A stretch of 60,909 nt of DNA from a virus (lineage: Duplodnaviria > Caudoviricetes). The DNA lies in the IMG/VR virus record IMGVR_UViG_3300020044_004119, positions 1 to 60,909 of that record; one strand, given 5' to 3'. Shown in pieces: positions 17,510 to 26,011 of the stretch. The position numbers were made by a program, and so were the translations under genes. Position 1 is the stretch's first letter. Each line of letters starts with the position of its first letter. The notes under the pieces were generated by a model. That model had not been told where the DNA came from. It made no database searches and saw nothing but the letters and a program-made list of their open reading frames with translations.

Positions 17510-17917
17510 TCATAGGTACTCACAGATAATAGTGTCACAAGCTTTATCAACATCAGATCGCCACTCGGTTACAAGTGACTCAAAGAACGGGTGGATAACG
17601 GAGGCATCAGCCTTAAAAGCTACAACAGGCTTACGCAGTACATAAGAAGCATAGAATACCTCCATTGCGGTACCATGTTTAGCTACAGTAGGGTTATCAA
17701 GGTTAACTAAGACAATATCAGACTCTTGGATATCACGAAGGTCTAATTCGAAGATACGTTTCATGTAACGTTTTTCGAAGTTGTGTAACCTGCGAGTTGG
17801 GTCTAAGATAGTGCATGAAGGTTCTAAGTGAGACCATGCTTTGTTACGCCAGCCTTCAGCTTCTTCTTTGGATACATGCTCCATAGGGCCAGCCAAATAG
17901 ATTGTTCGTTGTTTCAT
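17510..17917 (-). CDS. Nucleoside 2-deoxyribosyltransferase-like protein
   Basis: IYLAGPM...DLRDIQESD...GTAMEV. Confidence 0.8.
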   Translation of the reverse strand: MKQRTIYLAGPMEHVSKEEAEGWRNKAWSHLEPSCTILDPTRRLHNFEKRYMKRIFELDLRDIQESDIVLVNLDNPTVAKHGTAMEVFYASYVLRKPVVAFKADASVIHPFFESLVTEWRSDVDKACDTIICEYL

Positions 17918-18112
17918 ACAAGCTCCTCATCTAAAAATACTTCAAGAAATTCAGGTGTATAACCTAAATATGCATCTGCTTCATAGTATGCCTCAGCTTC
18001 ACTGTTAGCGTATACAAAGAAGTTTTTAGCGGATGATGTTACGTAGTATTGATTCATTTAAAGCTCACTCTATACCAAATGTAGTAGACAATTAGGATGC
18101 TTAACAGGCCAA

Positions 18113-18325
18113 TCATGCTGGTGCGTAGTTAGGTTGATCTCCTGCATATGTTTTAACAGGTTTGATGTGCTCAACTTCTGTCCATGCGGCAAAGTGGATA
18201 ATCTCTTTCTTCATGTTATGACATAGAGAGTACATACCGTCAATATGATTGAAGAAGAACAGTTCTTTTGTTTCATCATCATTGATAGTGAAGTAGCTAT
18301 CACGGGGTAGTTCGTAGAGTTTCAT
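18113..18325 (-). CDS. Hypothetical protein
   Basis: 70-aa ORF, HIDGMYSLC. Confidence 0.65.
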   Translation of the reverse strand: MKLYELPRDSYFTINDDETKELFFFNHIDGMYSLCHNMKKEIIHFAAWTEVEHIKPVKTYAGDQPNYAPA

Positions 18326-18612
18326 ACTTCATCTTTCTGGTAAGGACGATAAATAAACAAAGAACATTGTTTAGCAGAACAGTTAGTAACATCACTACGG
18401 ATATCACCCACACAATTATTACAGAAATTCTTAATAGCTTGCATAGGTGAAGTCTTTTTCTGAGCTTTCTTCAGAGCTTGTTCTTCAATCCATGCTTCAA
18501 GGAATTTACCACCTTTCTTTTCAGCATAGGCTTTTTCTTTACGCCATTGTTCTAGGGCTAATTTGCCTTTAGCCAGAACTTCAGGATTCATTGAGCGTTT
18601 CTTTTTAATCAT
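18322..18612 (-). CDS. Hypothetical protein with Cys4 (possible Zn) motif
   Basis: FCNNC...NCSAKQCSL. Confidence 0.65.
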   Translation of the reverse strand: MIKKKRSMNPEVLAKGKLALEQWRKEKAYAEKKGGKFLEAWIEEQALKKAQKKTSPMQAIKNFCNNCVGDIRSDVTNCSAKQCSLFIYRPYQKDEV

Positions 18613-18755
18613 TGTTTAGTTTCTCACAGTGTTGATGAGCAAGGTTGTAGTGGTTGTACGTATTAAGAACAGTGTTTGTCCAACCATCTACAATTTCATG
18701 TAAGTAACCGTCAAAGTAAGCACGTTGTCTTACGAAGTATCTTTTGATTAGTTCA

Positions 18756-19028
18756 TTAGGTGCCATATGTTCCCCAAGAAGGCATTTTGAATTCAGGCGC
18801 TTTGTAGTCTTTAGGTACACACACTGCTTGGTAAGCCCATTCTTCGGCCTTATCAATCCAGTGTTTCTTTTGAGCACCTGTAGAGTTACGTGCGTAGTAC
18901 ATCATTTGTTGTGCATTTGATAACCTATAACTAATTTCTTTTTCACGATCAGTTAATTTATTACCCCAAGGATCATATTGATCCCCTGAATTAACTGCAT
19001 TTGTTGCATTGGGTTCAGTTGTGACCAT
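18756..19028 (-). CDS. Hypothetical protein
   Basis: 90-aa ORF in the gene array. Confidence 0.55.
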   Translation of the reverse strand: MVTTEPNATNAVNSGDQYDPWGNKLTDREKEISYRLSNAQQMMYYARNSTGAQKKHWIDKAEEWAYQAVCVPKDYKAPEFKMPSWGTYGT

Positions 19029-19239
19029 GGTACGCTATTAGGGAAGTGTTTACGGGCAGATTCATAGAATTTTTCTACATCACTCATTTTCTTTTTCCAT
19101 TTCAAATACTTCTACAACTTCAATATCGACTTCATTTATAACATTTTTAAACAGATCTTCTGCTTGCCATATAGCAGTGGTTTCAGATTGAGCTTCTAAT
19201 TCAAAGCTTGCTTCTAGTTTTAGAGTTACAAAGTAAGTT

Positions 19240-20037
19240 TTATTTGACATTCACCATACCTTTAAAGTCCATTGGGACAACAATAGTATGCACACGACCT
19301 GCTGCAATACCTTCTGCAATTTTCATTTGAGCTTGTGCTTGCATATAAGCAATAGACTGACCCGAGTTAGAGCTTAGTGCAGCCATACGTTCAGATTCTT
19401 TCTTGGCAATCTCAACTTCAGTTTGTTTTACTTTAAGTTCATTTTGAGCTTTAACGTATTGAGTAGCAGAGGCTAGGATATCAGCATTAGGTAGGATATT
19501 ACGAACTTGTACAACAGTTAGCTGGATAGCGGTATCTAGCTTTTCATGTTTAAGTTGTTCAGTAACGGTTTGTTGAATTTCAGCTTCAATCTTGGCACGA
19601 TTATCGGCTACTTCAAGGGATTTATATTGCCGAACAACTTTGTAGGCAGCATTGTTGACTAGTGTACTCATGTAGTTGTGCATCAGGTAGATATCACCTT
19701 TGCTCTCTGAGTGGAATGAACGACTCTTGGTAGAATATAGTTCAGCAACAGAGGTTGAGCTTAGACCATAAACAACTGTGATATCAAAGTCAGCTAATGG
19801 ACTGTTATCTGCAGTCATTGGTGTTTTGTTTTCTAGTGTTACTGCAATATCTTTTACTGGAAATGTCAGGATAGAACCAACAAGTGTTTGGTAGAAGCCA
19901 CCGGGTTGTAGCTCAGTGCCTTCAATTTGTTTAGATGCATTCATACGAACACCTACTTCACCAGTTTCAATACGGGTACAGGCTTGTAGGGAAATTAGAG
20001 CAGCAATAATAGCGGTTAGTTTGAAGAATTTAGTCAT
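19240..20037 (-). CDS. SPFH/band-7 (prohibitin) domain lipoprotein
   Basis: Signal peptide with LQAC lipobox, IETGEVGV, C-terminal coiled coil. Confidence 0.85.
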   Translation of the reverse strand: MTKFFKLTAIIAALISLQACTRIETGEVGVRMNASKQIEGTELQPGGFYQTLVGSILTFPVKDIAVTLENKTPMTADNSPLADFDITVVYGLSSTSVAELYSTKSRSFHSESKGDIYLMHNYMSTLVNNAAYKVVRQYKSLEVADNRAKIEAEIQQTVTEQLKHEKLDTAIQLTVVQVRNILPNADILASATQYVKAQNELKVKQTEVEIAKKESERMAALSSNSGQSIAYMQAQAQMKIAEGIAAGRVHTIVVPMDFKGMVNVK

Positions 20038-20058
20038 GATGTGTCCTTAGGTGTTTGA

Positions 20059-20274
20059 TTAAGCGGAAATTAGTTTGGAAATTTTGTCAGCAATCTTTTG
20101 CGCCGCAACAGATTCTTGCATGGCATTTTCTTTTTCAGCCTCTAGCATTGTGATTTCATCAGCCAGGTCACAAGCTTTCTGTGTATTTTGATCAGCAATC
20201 AGCTTTAAATCGCCAATAGTTTGTTGGAAAGAAGCGACAACGTATGCAACGGTTTTAGGTGTTTTGAAGAACAT
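20059..20274 (-). CDS. Coiled-coil hypothetical protein
   Basis: Likely start MFFKTPK. Confidence 0.6.
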   Translation of the reverse strand: MFFKTPKTVAYVVASFQQTIGDLKLIADQNTQKACDLADEITMLEAEKENAMQESVAAQKIADKISKLISA

Positions 20275-20284
20275 TCGGAGACCT

Positions 20285-20449
20285 TTAGAAAAGAAGTGTG
20301 ATAAGAAATAAGACAATAGCAGAGAAGAACATTACAACAGTTGCTTTAGCGGCAAACTGGAGTTGTTTGAATGTAGCGTTAGCAGTTACATTGTACAGTA
20401 CAGAGAGTGTAATGCATGTAATAATAAATACAATAAATAGCTTAATCAT
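20285..20449 (-). CDS. Small two-helix membrane protein (54 aa)
   Basis: Manual ORF MIKLFIVLFITC...LFLITLLF*. Confidence 0.5.
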   Translation of the reverse strand: MIKLFIVFIITCITLSVLYNVTANATFKQLQFAAKATVVMFFSAIVLFLITLLF

Positions 20450-21482
20450 TTTTTAGTAACCATTTGTTGGAGATAGCTTTGAAAGACTTTGATGGATCCG
20501 ACAAGTTTTTGAATACAAGCCCTTCACGATGTGCTTTGGGATTAAGTACCGACTGACCTTCTGCAAAAGTTAGTAGTTCGGATACTGTGGTTTTACCTGT
20601 GGTGAGGTATGGTGCAAAGATTGGTGTATGTTTTAGACCAAGAGACTTACATAAAGAAATCCTTTGTTCAGGTGAGTAGTACTGTTGTGATGGGATATCA
20701 AAGATATCAAACACATAGTACTCAGGTTTAGTTAAGTTGTATGAGTTACCTTGGATACTTGGCCCAATTAGCTCTCCTTGTAGTGCTACTTGTAAGTTAG
20801 TAGTTGCTAACTTTGCAAGAATACATTCGGTATGGGCTGTCTTAACAAAGGCATTATCAAGATCATCTAGTTTAAGCTCATAGTTACGACTGCAGACACC
20901 ATTACGATAACCATTTTCCCATAGATCATCAGCAATACGGAAAACAGTCATTGAAGAGCCATCAAGTTTCTCAGTTACTTCCCACATTTGTTCACCCAGA
21001 GACTCAATATTACGAAGGTAATTCTGGATACGTTCTTGGTCAGTTTTTGGGATGAATGATGGGAAATTACCAGCCATTTTACCGGCTAGTTGTGCTGGAA
21101 TCTCACGTTCCCATTTGAGGATGTTTAAATATTCAGTTACATCAGTACCTTCAACTGGGTTTTCAAAGTCATGTGTTAGTACTGATTCTCTTGGTAACAC
21201 TAAGCCCTGAGAGATTTGACCTTTAAGTTTAATAGTACGTAGACGTTCACCTTTAATACCTTTATACTCACGAGGTTCTTTACCTTTACTTAAGAATGGT
21301 GCTAGTTCTGTGGGAATCCATGAGTCAATTTCAAAGTAGACACATAGATCACCTACATTGAATTCACCCTTTTTAATAACGACTTCCCAACCATCGATAA
21401 CAGCTACTTCAATTAAGTCAGCATTTGCAATAGGTTTTAGTTGTTGGATAACTCGGATAGTGGCTAGTTTACGATCAGACAT
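20442..21482 (-). CDS. RNA ligase, DRB0094 family
   Basis: N-terminal RKLATI...NADLIE...YFEIDS module; EKLDGSS, QGELIG, FDI, EGLVFK, FKAISNKWL. Confidence 0.9.
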   Translation of the reverse strand: MSDRKLATIRVIQQLKPIANADLIEVAVIDGWEVVIKKGEFNVGDLCVYFEIDSWIPTELAPFLSKGKEPREYKGIKGERLRTIKLKGQISQGLVLPRESVLTHDFENPVEGTDVTEYLNILKWEREIPAQLAGKMAGNFPSFIPKTDQERIQNYLRNIESLGEQMWEVTEKLDGSSMTVFRIADDLWENGYRNGVCSRNYELKLDDLDNAFVKTAHTECILAKLATTNLQVALQGELIGPSIQGNSYNLTKPEYYVFDIFDIPSQQYYSPEQRISLCKSLGLKHTPIFAPYLTTGKTTVSELLTFAEGQSVLNPKAHREGLVFKNLSDPSKSFKAISNKWLLKND

Positions 21483-21717
21483 TATACAAACCTTTCACAT
21501 CTTTAAGTGTTTCACGGATAGTTTTCAGCTTATATTGTGTTGCACGGATACGGTTTTTAAGCATTTTATAGTCAGTGTAGTAAGCTTCAGTATCTACAGG
21601 TTCAGCTTTATCACACATAGTCCACATGTAAGCAGCTAGTGCTTTATCATAGTTTAGGCAATCTTCTTGGTTGTGGAGTTCGTTGCGAAGTGCGTTGAGA
21701 ATAATTTGTTTGTTCAT
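21475..21717 (-). CDS. Hypothetical protein
   Basis: Coupled ORF. Confidence 0.6.
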   Translation of the reverse strand: MNKQIILNALRNELHNQEDCLNYDKALAAYMWTMCDKAEPVDTEAYYTDYKMLKNRIRATQYKLKTIRETLKDVKGLYNV

Positions 21718-21941
21718 TTGAATGCTTCTTCCATTGTTGCAAATACAGAGTCTTCTGAGTATTCACTTTTTTTGTACTTGGTTTTGACCATGTATCCTAC
21801 ATATTTAAGGTTTTTTGCAGGGCTGTGATACACATTGTATGTAATCTCAGTCACTGTTCCCTTCATAATGCCTGCTTCATTGTTTTGTACATAGACTTCT
21901 TGGGTTAGTGCAAATTTATGTTCAAAAATTGTTACGTTCAT
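21714..21941 (-). CDS. Hypothetical protein
   Basis: Coupled ORF. Confidence 0.6.
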   Translation of the reverse strand: MNVTIFEHKFALTQEVYVQNNEAGIMKGTVTEITYNVYHSPAKNLKYVGYMVKTKYKKSEYSEDSVFATMEEAFK

Positions 21942-21949
21942 ACAATTTG

Positions 21950-22000
21950 AAATAAAAAGCCCCTACAAGAGACCATTTCTGGACTCTCATAAGAGCTTAT
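21950..22000 (-). terminator. Long-stem intrinsic terminator after SSB
   Basis: AAGCTCTTATGAGAG..CCA-GAAA-TGG..CTCTTGTAGGGGCTT-TTT, with G-U pairs valid on the minus strand. Confidence 0.75.
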
Positions 22001-22007
22001 TTGTTAA

Positions 22008-22541
22008 TTAAAAGTCTGCGTCTTCAGCATTCATATCGCTGACAACTGGATCTTCTTCATCAAAATCAATGAAGTTACCTTTGGACTCATATTTAACTAG
22101 TTTTGTAACTTGTACTTTGGTTAGTGTAGTGGATACACCAGACTTAGTTACTTTACCTGTTTTAGGGTTCTTGATTTCGTAAGGACGTTGCATCACAATA
22201 ACATTACCTTCAGAACCATTACCAATAATGTTTGGATCCATGTCATTTTTGAATGCATCAACAACACCAACTGGTACGGCGGCTGAACCGTCTGCTTTTG
22301 TGGCTTTCTTACGAAGGTTTAGTTGACACATTTTAGCATCATCTTTAACTGGGTTAATCTTACCCAAGTTTAATTGTTCAATTTCTGCTTCACGCGATTT
22401 GGGGAAGCGAGCCTGTAGTGTCCATTCTGTGCCATCACCGTTGTAGTTGTCTACGGGTTTGGCAGGATTTAGTTTAACCCAGTAAAAGGTTAAGCCTTTG
22501 ATAACGGTGTTTGATAGTTGGGTTTGAGCTTGTGTAGTCAT
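22008..22541 (-). CDS. Single-stranded DNA-binding protein (T7 gp2.5-like)
   Basis: IGNGSEG...KVQVTKLVKY, acidic tail ending in Phe; start MTTQAQ follows an AAGGA SD. Confidence 0.8.
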   Translation of the reverse strand: MTTQAQTQLSNTVIKGLTFYWVKLNPAKPVDNYNGDGTEWTLQARFPKSREAEIEQLNLGKINPVKDDAKMCQLNLRKKATKADGSAAVPVGVVDAFKNDMDPNIIGNGSEGNVIVMQRPYEIKNPKTGKVTKSGVSTTLTKVQVTKLVKYESKGNFIDFDEEDPVVSDMNAEDADF

Positions 22542-22633
22542 GATAGTTTTTCCTTGAGGATTTGATTTTGGAGTTGAGTTTTTGTCAGTTGATTCATCAC
22601 TATAGTAACGACCTTGACTGGCAATTACATTAC

Positions 22634-22652
22634 GTGCGTAGGTACCGAACAT
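22634..22652 (-). promoter_or_regulatory. Degenerate phage promoter copy
   Basis: ATGTTCGGTACCTACGCAC upstream of SSB. Confidence 0.4.
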
Positions 22653-22654
22653 AA

Positions 22655-22984
22655 TTATTTGTTTGTAGCAATATAGAGAGCAATACGGGTAGCAATAGGT
22701 AGGTCAGTGCGGCGGTAAGATTCTTCTTCAGTTGTTTGTAGTTGAATACCAAGAGCTGTTAGTAGTACATTAGCATGGTTCACTTCACTTTGTAGTACTG
22801 TTTTGCTTTCATTACACCATTTGTAGTTCTGTTTCTGAGATTCAACTTCTTTAGTTAATACTTTAATCTCTTCTTTCAAAGCTTTGTTTTGTTCATAGAT
22901 AGCTTTAACTTCTTTATCAGAGAGTGTAATTGCAATAACTTCTAGATCTGTGCCTGTAACTTCAATTTGGATAGATGTTGACAT
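22655..22984 (-). CDS. Coiled-coil hypothetical protein
   Basis: Likely start MSTSIQIEV. Confidence 0.6.
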   Translation of the reverse strand: MSTSIQIEVTGTDLEVIAITLSDKEVKAIYEQNKALKEEIKVLTKEVESQKQNYKWCNESKTVLQSEVNHANVLLTALGIQLQTTEEESYRRTDLPIATRIALYIATNK

Positions 22985-23002
22985 GAGATGGTACCTAATA
23001 GG
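22985..23002 (+). promoter_or_regulatory. Putative phage RNAP promoter for the lone plus-strand gene
   Basis: GAGATGGTACCTAATAGG. Confidence 0.6.
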
Positions 23003-23020
23003 TAATAACAAAGGAATGAA

Positions 23021-23422
23021 ATGAAAAAGAAATATGCAAGAGTAGCTCATCCAAATAGCTTGGCTAATTTGAAGATGATTACTAATACAGATATGGCAAG
23101 AGCCTACAAAGAGAAGTCTCTTGAAAGCTATAAGAAAAACAGAGAGAACATTAAACGACTACAAGAAGAGTTTCAGCTGAGTGCTGATACTGTTCGTGAA
23201 GTGTTGGCTTCTGTTGATATTAAAGCTATTGACGTTATTAAGATGTCCATGATGGATGCTCTTAATAATAACAATTTTGAGGATGCTGCACGATATGCTA
23301 AGGAATTGGCTGAGTATGAGGCTCCTAAGTTGAGTAGGCTTGAACAGACAAACGTCTCTAAAGTAGAGGATTTGACTGACGAAGAACTTAAAGAGATTCT
23401 TAAAAGAGAAGGTTTATCGTAA
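23021..23422 (+). CDS. Putative terminase small subunit
   Basis: HPNSLANLK...AKELAEYEAPKL...EDLTDEEL resembles TerS-like proteins; has its own SD, promoter and terminator. Confidence 0.55.
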   Translation: MKKKYARVAHPNSLANLKMITNTDMARAYKEKSLESYKKNRENIKRLQEEFQLSADTVREVLASVDIKAIDVIKMSMMDALNNNNFEDAARYAKELAEYEAPKLSRLEQTNVSKVEDLTDEELKEILKREGLS

Positions 23423-23455
23423 GATAAATCTTACTCAAAAGGACTATAAATAATT

Positions 23456-23505
23456 AAGAGAACTGTAGGATGGTACATACTGTCCCATATGGTTCTCTTT
23501 TTTAT
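23456..23505 (+). terminator. Intrinsic terminator
   Basis: AAGAGAACTGTA-GGATGGTA..TACTGTCC..TATGGTTCTCTT-TTTT. Confidence 0.7.
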
Positions 23506-23515
23506 TCTTTGTATC

Positions 23516-23535
23516 CTCTATTAGGTTCCGACTAC
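23516..23535 (-). promoter_or_regulatory. Putative phage RNAP promoter
   Basis: GTAGTCGGAACCTAATAGAG. Confidence 0.7.
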
Positions 23536-23718
23536 GGGTTCAAAGGTGTATTGGGTTTTACCTTGTAGTTGACAATTAATATGATAGATATACATATCTT
23601 CAACGTTTGCCTCAGAGTCATAGTAAGCTTTGTATTCTTCAAAAGCTTCTTGTGGTGTGTCACCAAGCATCATGTTTCCAGCACCATTATCACTGTCTGA
23701 GCAGAGGTATTTAATCAT
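23521..23718 (-). CDS. Hypothetical protein
   Basis: Coupled small ORF. Confidence 0.6.
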   Translation of the reverse strand: MIKYLCSDSDNGAGNMMLGDTPQEAFEEYKAYYDSEANVEDMYIYHINCQLQGKTQYTFEPVVGT

Positions 23719-23906
23719 ACAAGTTCCATTTGTTGTTTGTTGAGGTATTCTGAAGGTAGTCTTCCCAGATACTGTACATATGTATCTTTACTAACTGAGA
23801 ACATTTCACCTGATACAGGATCGTAGTATAGCCCATTGGATGTATTCCAGTTACATCGTAGAGACCATACATAAGGTCTTTGGAAGGGTTGTAGTTGTAG
23901 TGTCAT
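23715..23906 (-). CDS. Hypothetical protein
   Basis: Coupled small ORF. Confidence 0.6.
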   Translation of the reverse strand: MTLQLQPFQRPYVWSLRCNWNTSNGLYYDPVSGEMFSVSKDTYVQYLGRLPSEYLNKQQMELV

Positions 23907-24076
23907 TGTTCTACCAGATATGTAACAATTCGGATTACTGAGATTATTGTTGCAGTAAGTACTGAGATAAAAATTGTTGGGCCGGGTAGGGTTATTAATA
24001 GAGTGGTGAATACAGCTGTGAGGATAACTGAAGCAACACGAACAGATAGTGGCATTTCTTTAAACATATTTATCAT
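23903..24076 (-). CDS. Small membrane protein
   Basis: Two hydrophobic helices; likely start MINMFKE. Confidence 0.6.
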   Translation of the reverse strand: MINMFKEMPLSVRVASVILTAVFTTLLITLPGPTIFISVLTATIISVIRIVTYLVEQ

Positions 24077-24381
24077 GTGTGATACACTTTCTTTATTGGT
24101 GTACTGTTTATGGCAGTAATACAGACAGGGCAAGGAGCAGCTAGAAGATATTTTTGAGATTTACCTTTTCTGAAGATGTGAATGGAGTATGCTTTGGAGA
24201 TATCTCTACACTTTACTATAGCATCTATTTCTGCATGTAAATATATCTTCTCAGGCATACCAGCTTTATGAGCACATAAGGCTTGATATGGATGAGTCTT
24301 GATATAGTTGTTCTGACCTATACTCAGAATATTACCTTTTTTGTCTTTAATAAAGGCAGTAATGTTTTGTTCCGAAGACAT
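24073..24381 (-). CDS. Cytidine deaminase-fold protein (second deaminase)
   Basis: SIGQN, LHAEIDA, APCPVC. Confidence 0.75.
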   Translation of the reverse strand: MSSEQNITAFIKDKKGNILSIGQNNYIKTHPYQALCAHKAGMPEKIYLHAEIDAIVKCRDISKAYSIHIFRKGKSQKYLLAAPCPVCITAINSTPIKKVYHT

Positions 24382-24722
24382 ATTGAACCATCAGAGTTGA
24401 GATAACCAATAACTTTAGCTTCTCTACGATCAAAGATACATTGTGTATATCCTTTTGTAACCAGTTTTTTGGGTACTGCTAGTACTTTTACCTTGAAGTT
24501 TTCTGGGTGTTTATTGAAGTCTTTCTTTCTCCACCATTTGAATATATCTTTTTTACGAGTACAACCACACCACCATTGTTGTAGTCTCCATAATTTTATC
24601 CCATCATTAGAGGGTATAGGTAACTTTGCCCAGTGTGAGTCTGGTACTTTCGAAGGTCTACCATTAAATGGGTTCTTAGTACTCTCACCACGATAGACAA
24701 CGGTATAGTTATTTAGGTTCAT
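24324..24722 (-). CDS. Basic hypothetical protein
   Basis: 132-aa ORF. Confidence 0.55.
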   Translation of the reverse strand: MNLNNYTVVYRGESTKNPFNGRPSKVPDSHWAKLPIPSNDGIKLWRLQQWWCGCTRKKDIFKWWRKKDFNKHPENFKVKVLAVPKKLVTKGYTQCIFDRREAKVIGYLNSDGSICLRNKTLLPLLKTKKVIF

Positions 24723-24918
24723 TCTTTTTAGGGTCGTTAGATCCTAACTCCCTACTCCTATATTTATTAGGTGTGAAATGTTTTACACCTAGTAACTTAC
24801 CATGAAGAAAGGTTTTCTGGATACCTGTCTCTGGGTCATATACTACTCTTATTTCTGATTTAACCTTAGCTTTAATTCTTTTTATGAGATCAAAGTAGAT
24901 ACTATTGGCAGATGTCAT
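24709..24918 (-). CDS. Hypothetical protein
   Basis: 69-aa ORF. Confidence 0.55.
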   Translation of the reverse strand: MTSANSIYFDLIKRIKAKVKSEIRVVYDPETGIQKTFLHGKLLGVKHFTPNKYRSRELGSNDPKKNEPK

Positions 24919-25025
24919 GGTTATGTTCTGTTGTTAGTGGTGGGTTTGTAGTGCTGAGATACACAGGTCTATAAGATATCTTTAAAGATATATTATTAAT
25001 ATATCCACCGGGGAGGCAGATATAT

Positions 25026-25043
25026 CTAATAGGTACCGGCTAA
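25026..25043 (-). promoter_or_regulatory. Putative phage RNAP promoter preceding an AT-rich palindromic tract
   Basis: TTAGCCGGTACCTATTAG. Confidence 0.6.
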
Positions 25044-25067
25044 CGAGCAGCTTCTGCGAGTCTGTAA

Positions 25068-25283
25068 TTAGAAGGCAGAGTCTCGCAGTGTTGTGTGGAT
25101 ACTTTCAAGCATGTCAGATAGTATTTCTTTATCCTCTCTATTTTTAGGATAGACTTCTTGTGGTATACTTACAGTAAAAGAGGACATCCAGTGGAAGATT
25201 TTAAGTTCTTCGAGGGTCTCAAATGTGATATTTAGAGTAACTGGTTGGAAGGTGGGTTTGTGGATAGTTGTTGAGGATTTCAT
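25068..25283 (-). CDS. Early hypothetical protein (paralog of 25626-25868)
   Basis: MKSSTTIHKPTFQPVTLNITFETLEEL; AAGGA SD. Confidence 0.65.
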   Translation of the reverse strand: MKSSTTIHKPTFQPVTLNITFETLEELKIFHWMSSFTVSIPQEVYPKNREDKEILSDMLESIHTTLRDSAF

Positions 25284-25284
25284 A

Positions 25285-25635
25285 TTACATTCCTTTACGT
25301 TTGAGTTTACGGGCAATGTCTAACATCCAGTTTTTACGATACTTTTGGATGGCAATATCTAGTTTGGAGTTAATTAGGGTTTCTTCATCAACTGTTAAAA
25401 TATATCCTTTACCCCTTAACCAGAATTCAAGATTATTATCTGGGGCCAGATGGCAACCTATAATATCTCTGGCTTTTATGGAGCTAGTATGATGGTAGTC
25501 ATTTAAGTGTTTTTCAGCAGCATGACCTATGGCAATACAGATGAATCTTGACATGACGGAAGAGTGTTGTGTGAAGTTTTCAAGCAGGTGTTCTTTGGCG
25601 GCTATGCGCAGGAGTTCTGAGGGTTTCATAGACAT
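25285..25635 (-). CDS. Early hypothetical protein
   Basis: 116-aa ORF. Confidence 0.65.
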   Translation of the reverse strand: MSMKPSELLRIAAKEHLLENFTQHSSVMSRFICIAIGHAAEKHLNDYHHTSSIKARDIIGCHLAPDNNLEFWLRGKGYILTVDEETLINSKLDIAIQKYRKNWMLDIARKLKRKGM

Positions 25636-25868
25636 ACCTTTGAGAAGTGTTTTTGGAGATCGCCACGGTAAATCTGGCCTAGCATGTCGGCTAGGGCTTG
25701 TCTCTCATTATCATTATTTATAGATCCATCTCTATAGAGCATATCTGGGATACGTACATTAGCTAGTACTACTTGGCAGAACAGGTTGAGTTCTTCGGGA
25801 GATTCTAGGGTGATATTAATGGAGACAGGTTGGAAGGATGGTTCGGAGAGTGTTGTTGTGGATTTCAT
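25626..25868 (-). CDS. Early hypothetical protein (paralog of 25068-25283)
   Basis: MKSTTTLSEPSFQPVSINITLESPEEL. Confidence 0.65.
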   Translation of the reverse strand: MKSTTTLSEPSFQPVSINITLESPEELNLFCQVVLANVRIPDMLYRDGSINNDNERQALADMLGQIYRGDLQKHFSKVCL

Positions 25869-26011
25869 GATAAGTTTTTCTTATTGAGGTTTGATTATTG
25901 ATAAGCTTTTCTTATACACACAAAAACTACCGCCCAGTAACACTTTTCCTTGACATCTCGCTGAGATTGTCATCCAAATGCTATTTGGGCGTCTTTTGTG
26001 TAGTATATCCT

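Noticed and set aside
25950-25980. Sigma70 promoter at TTGACA
   Set aside because: No -10 box at the proper spacing, antisense to local genes, and part of a hairpin
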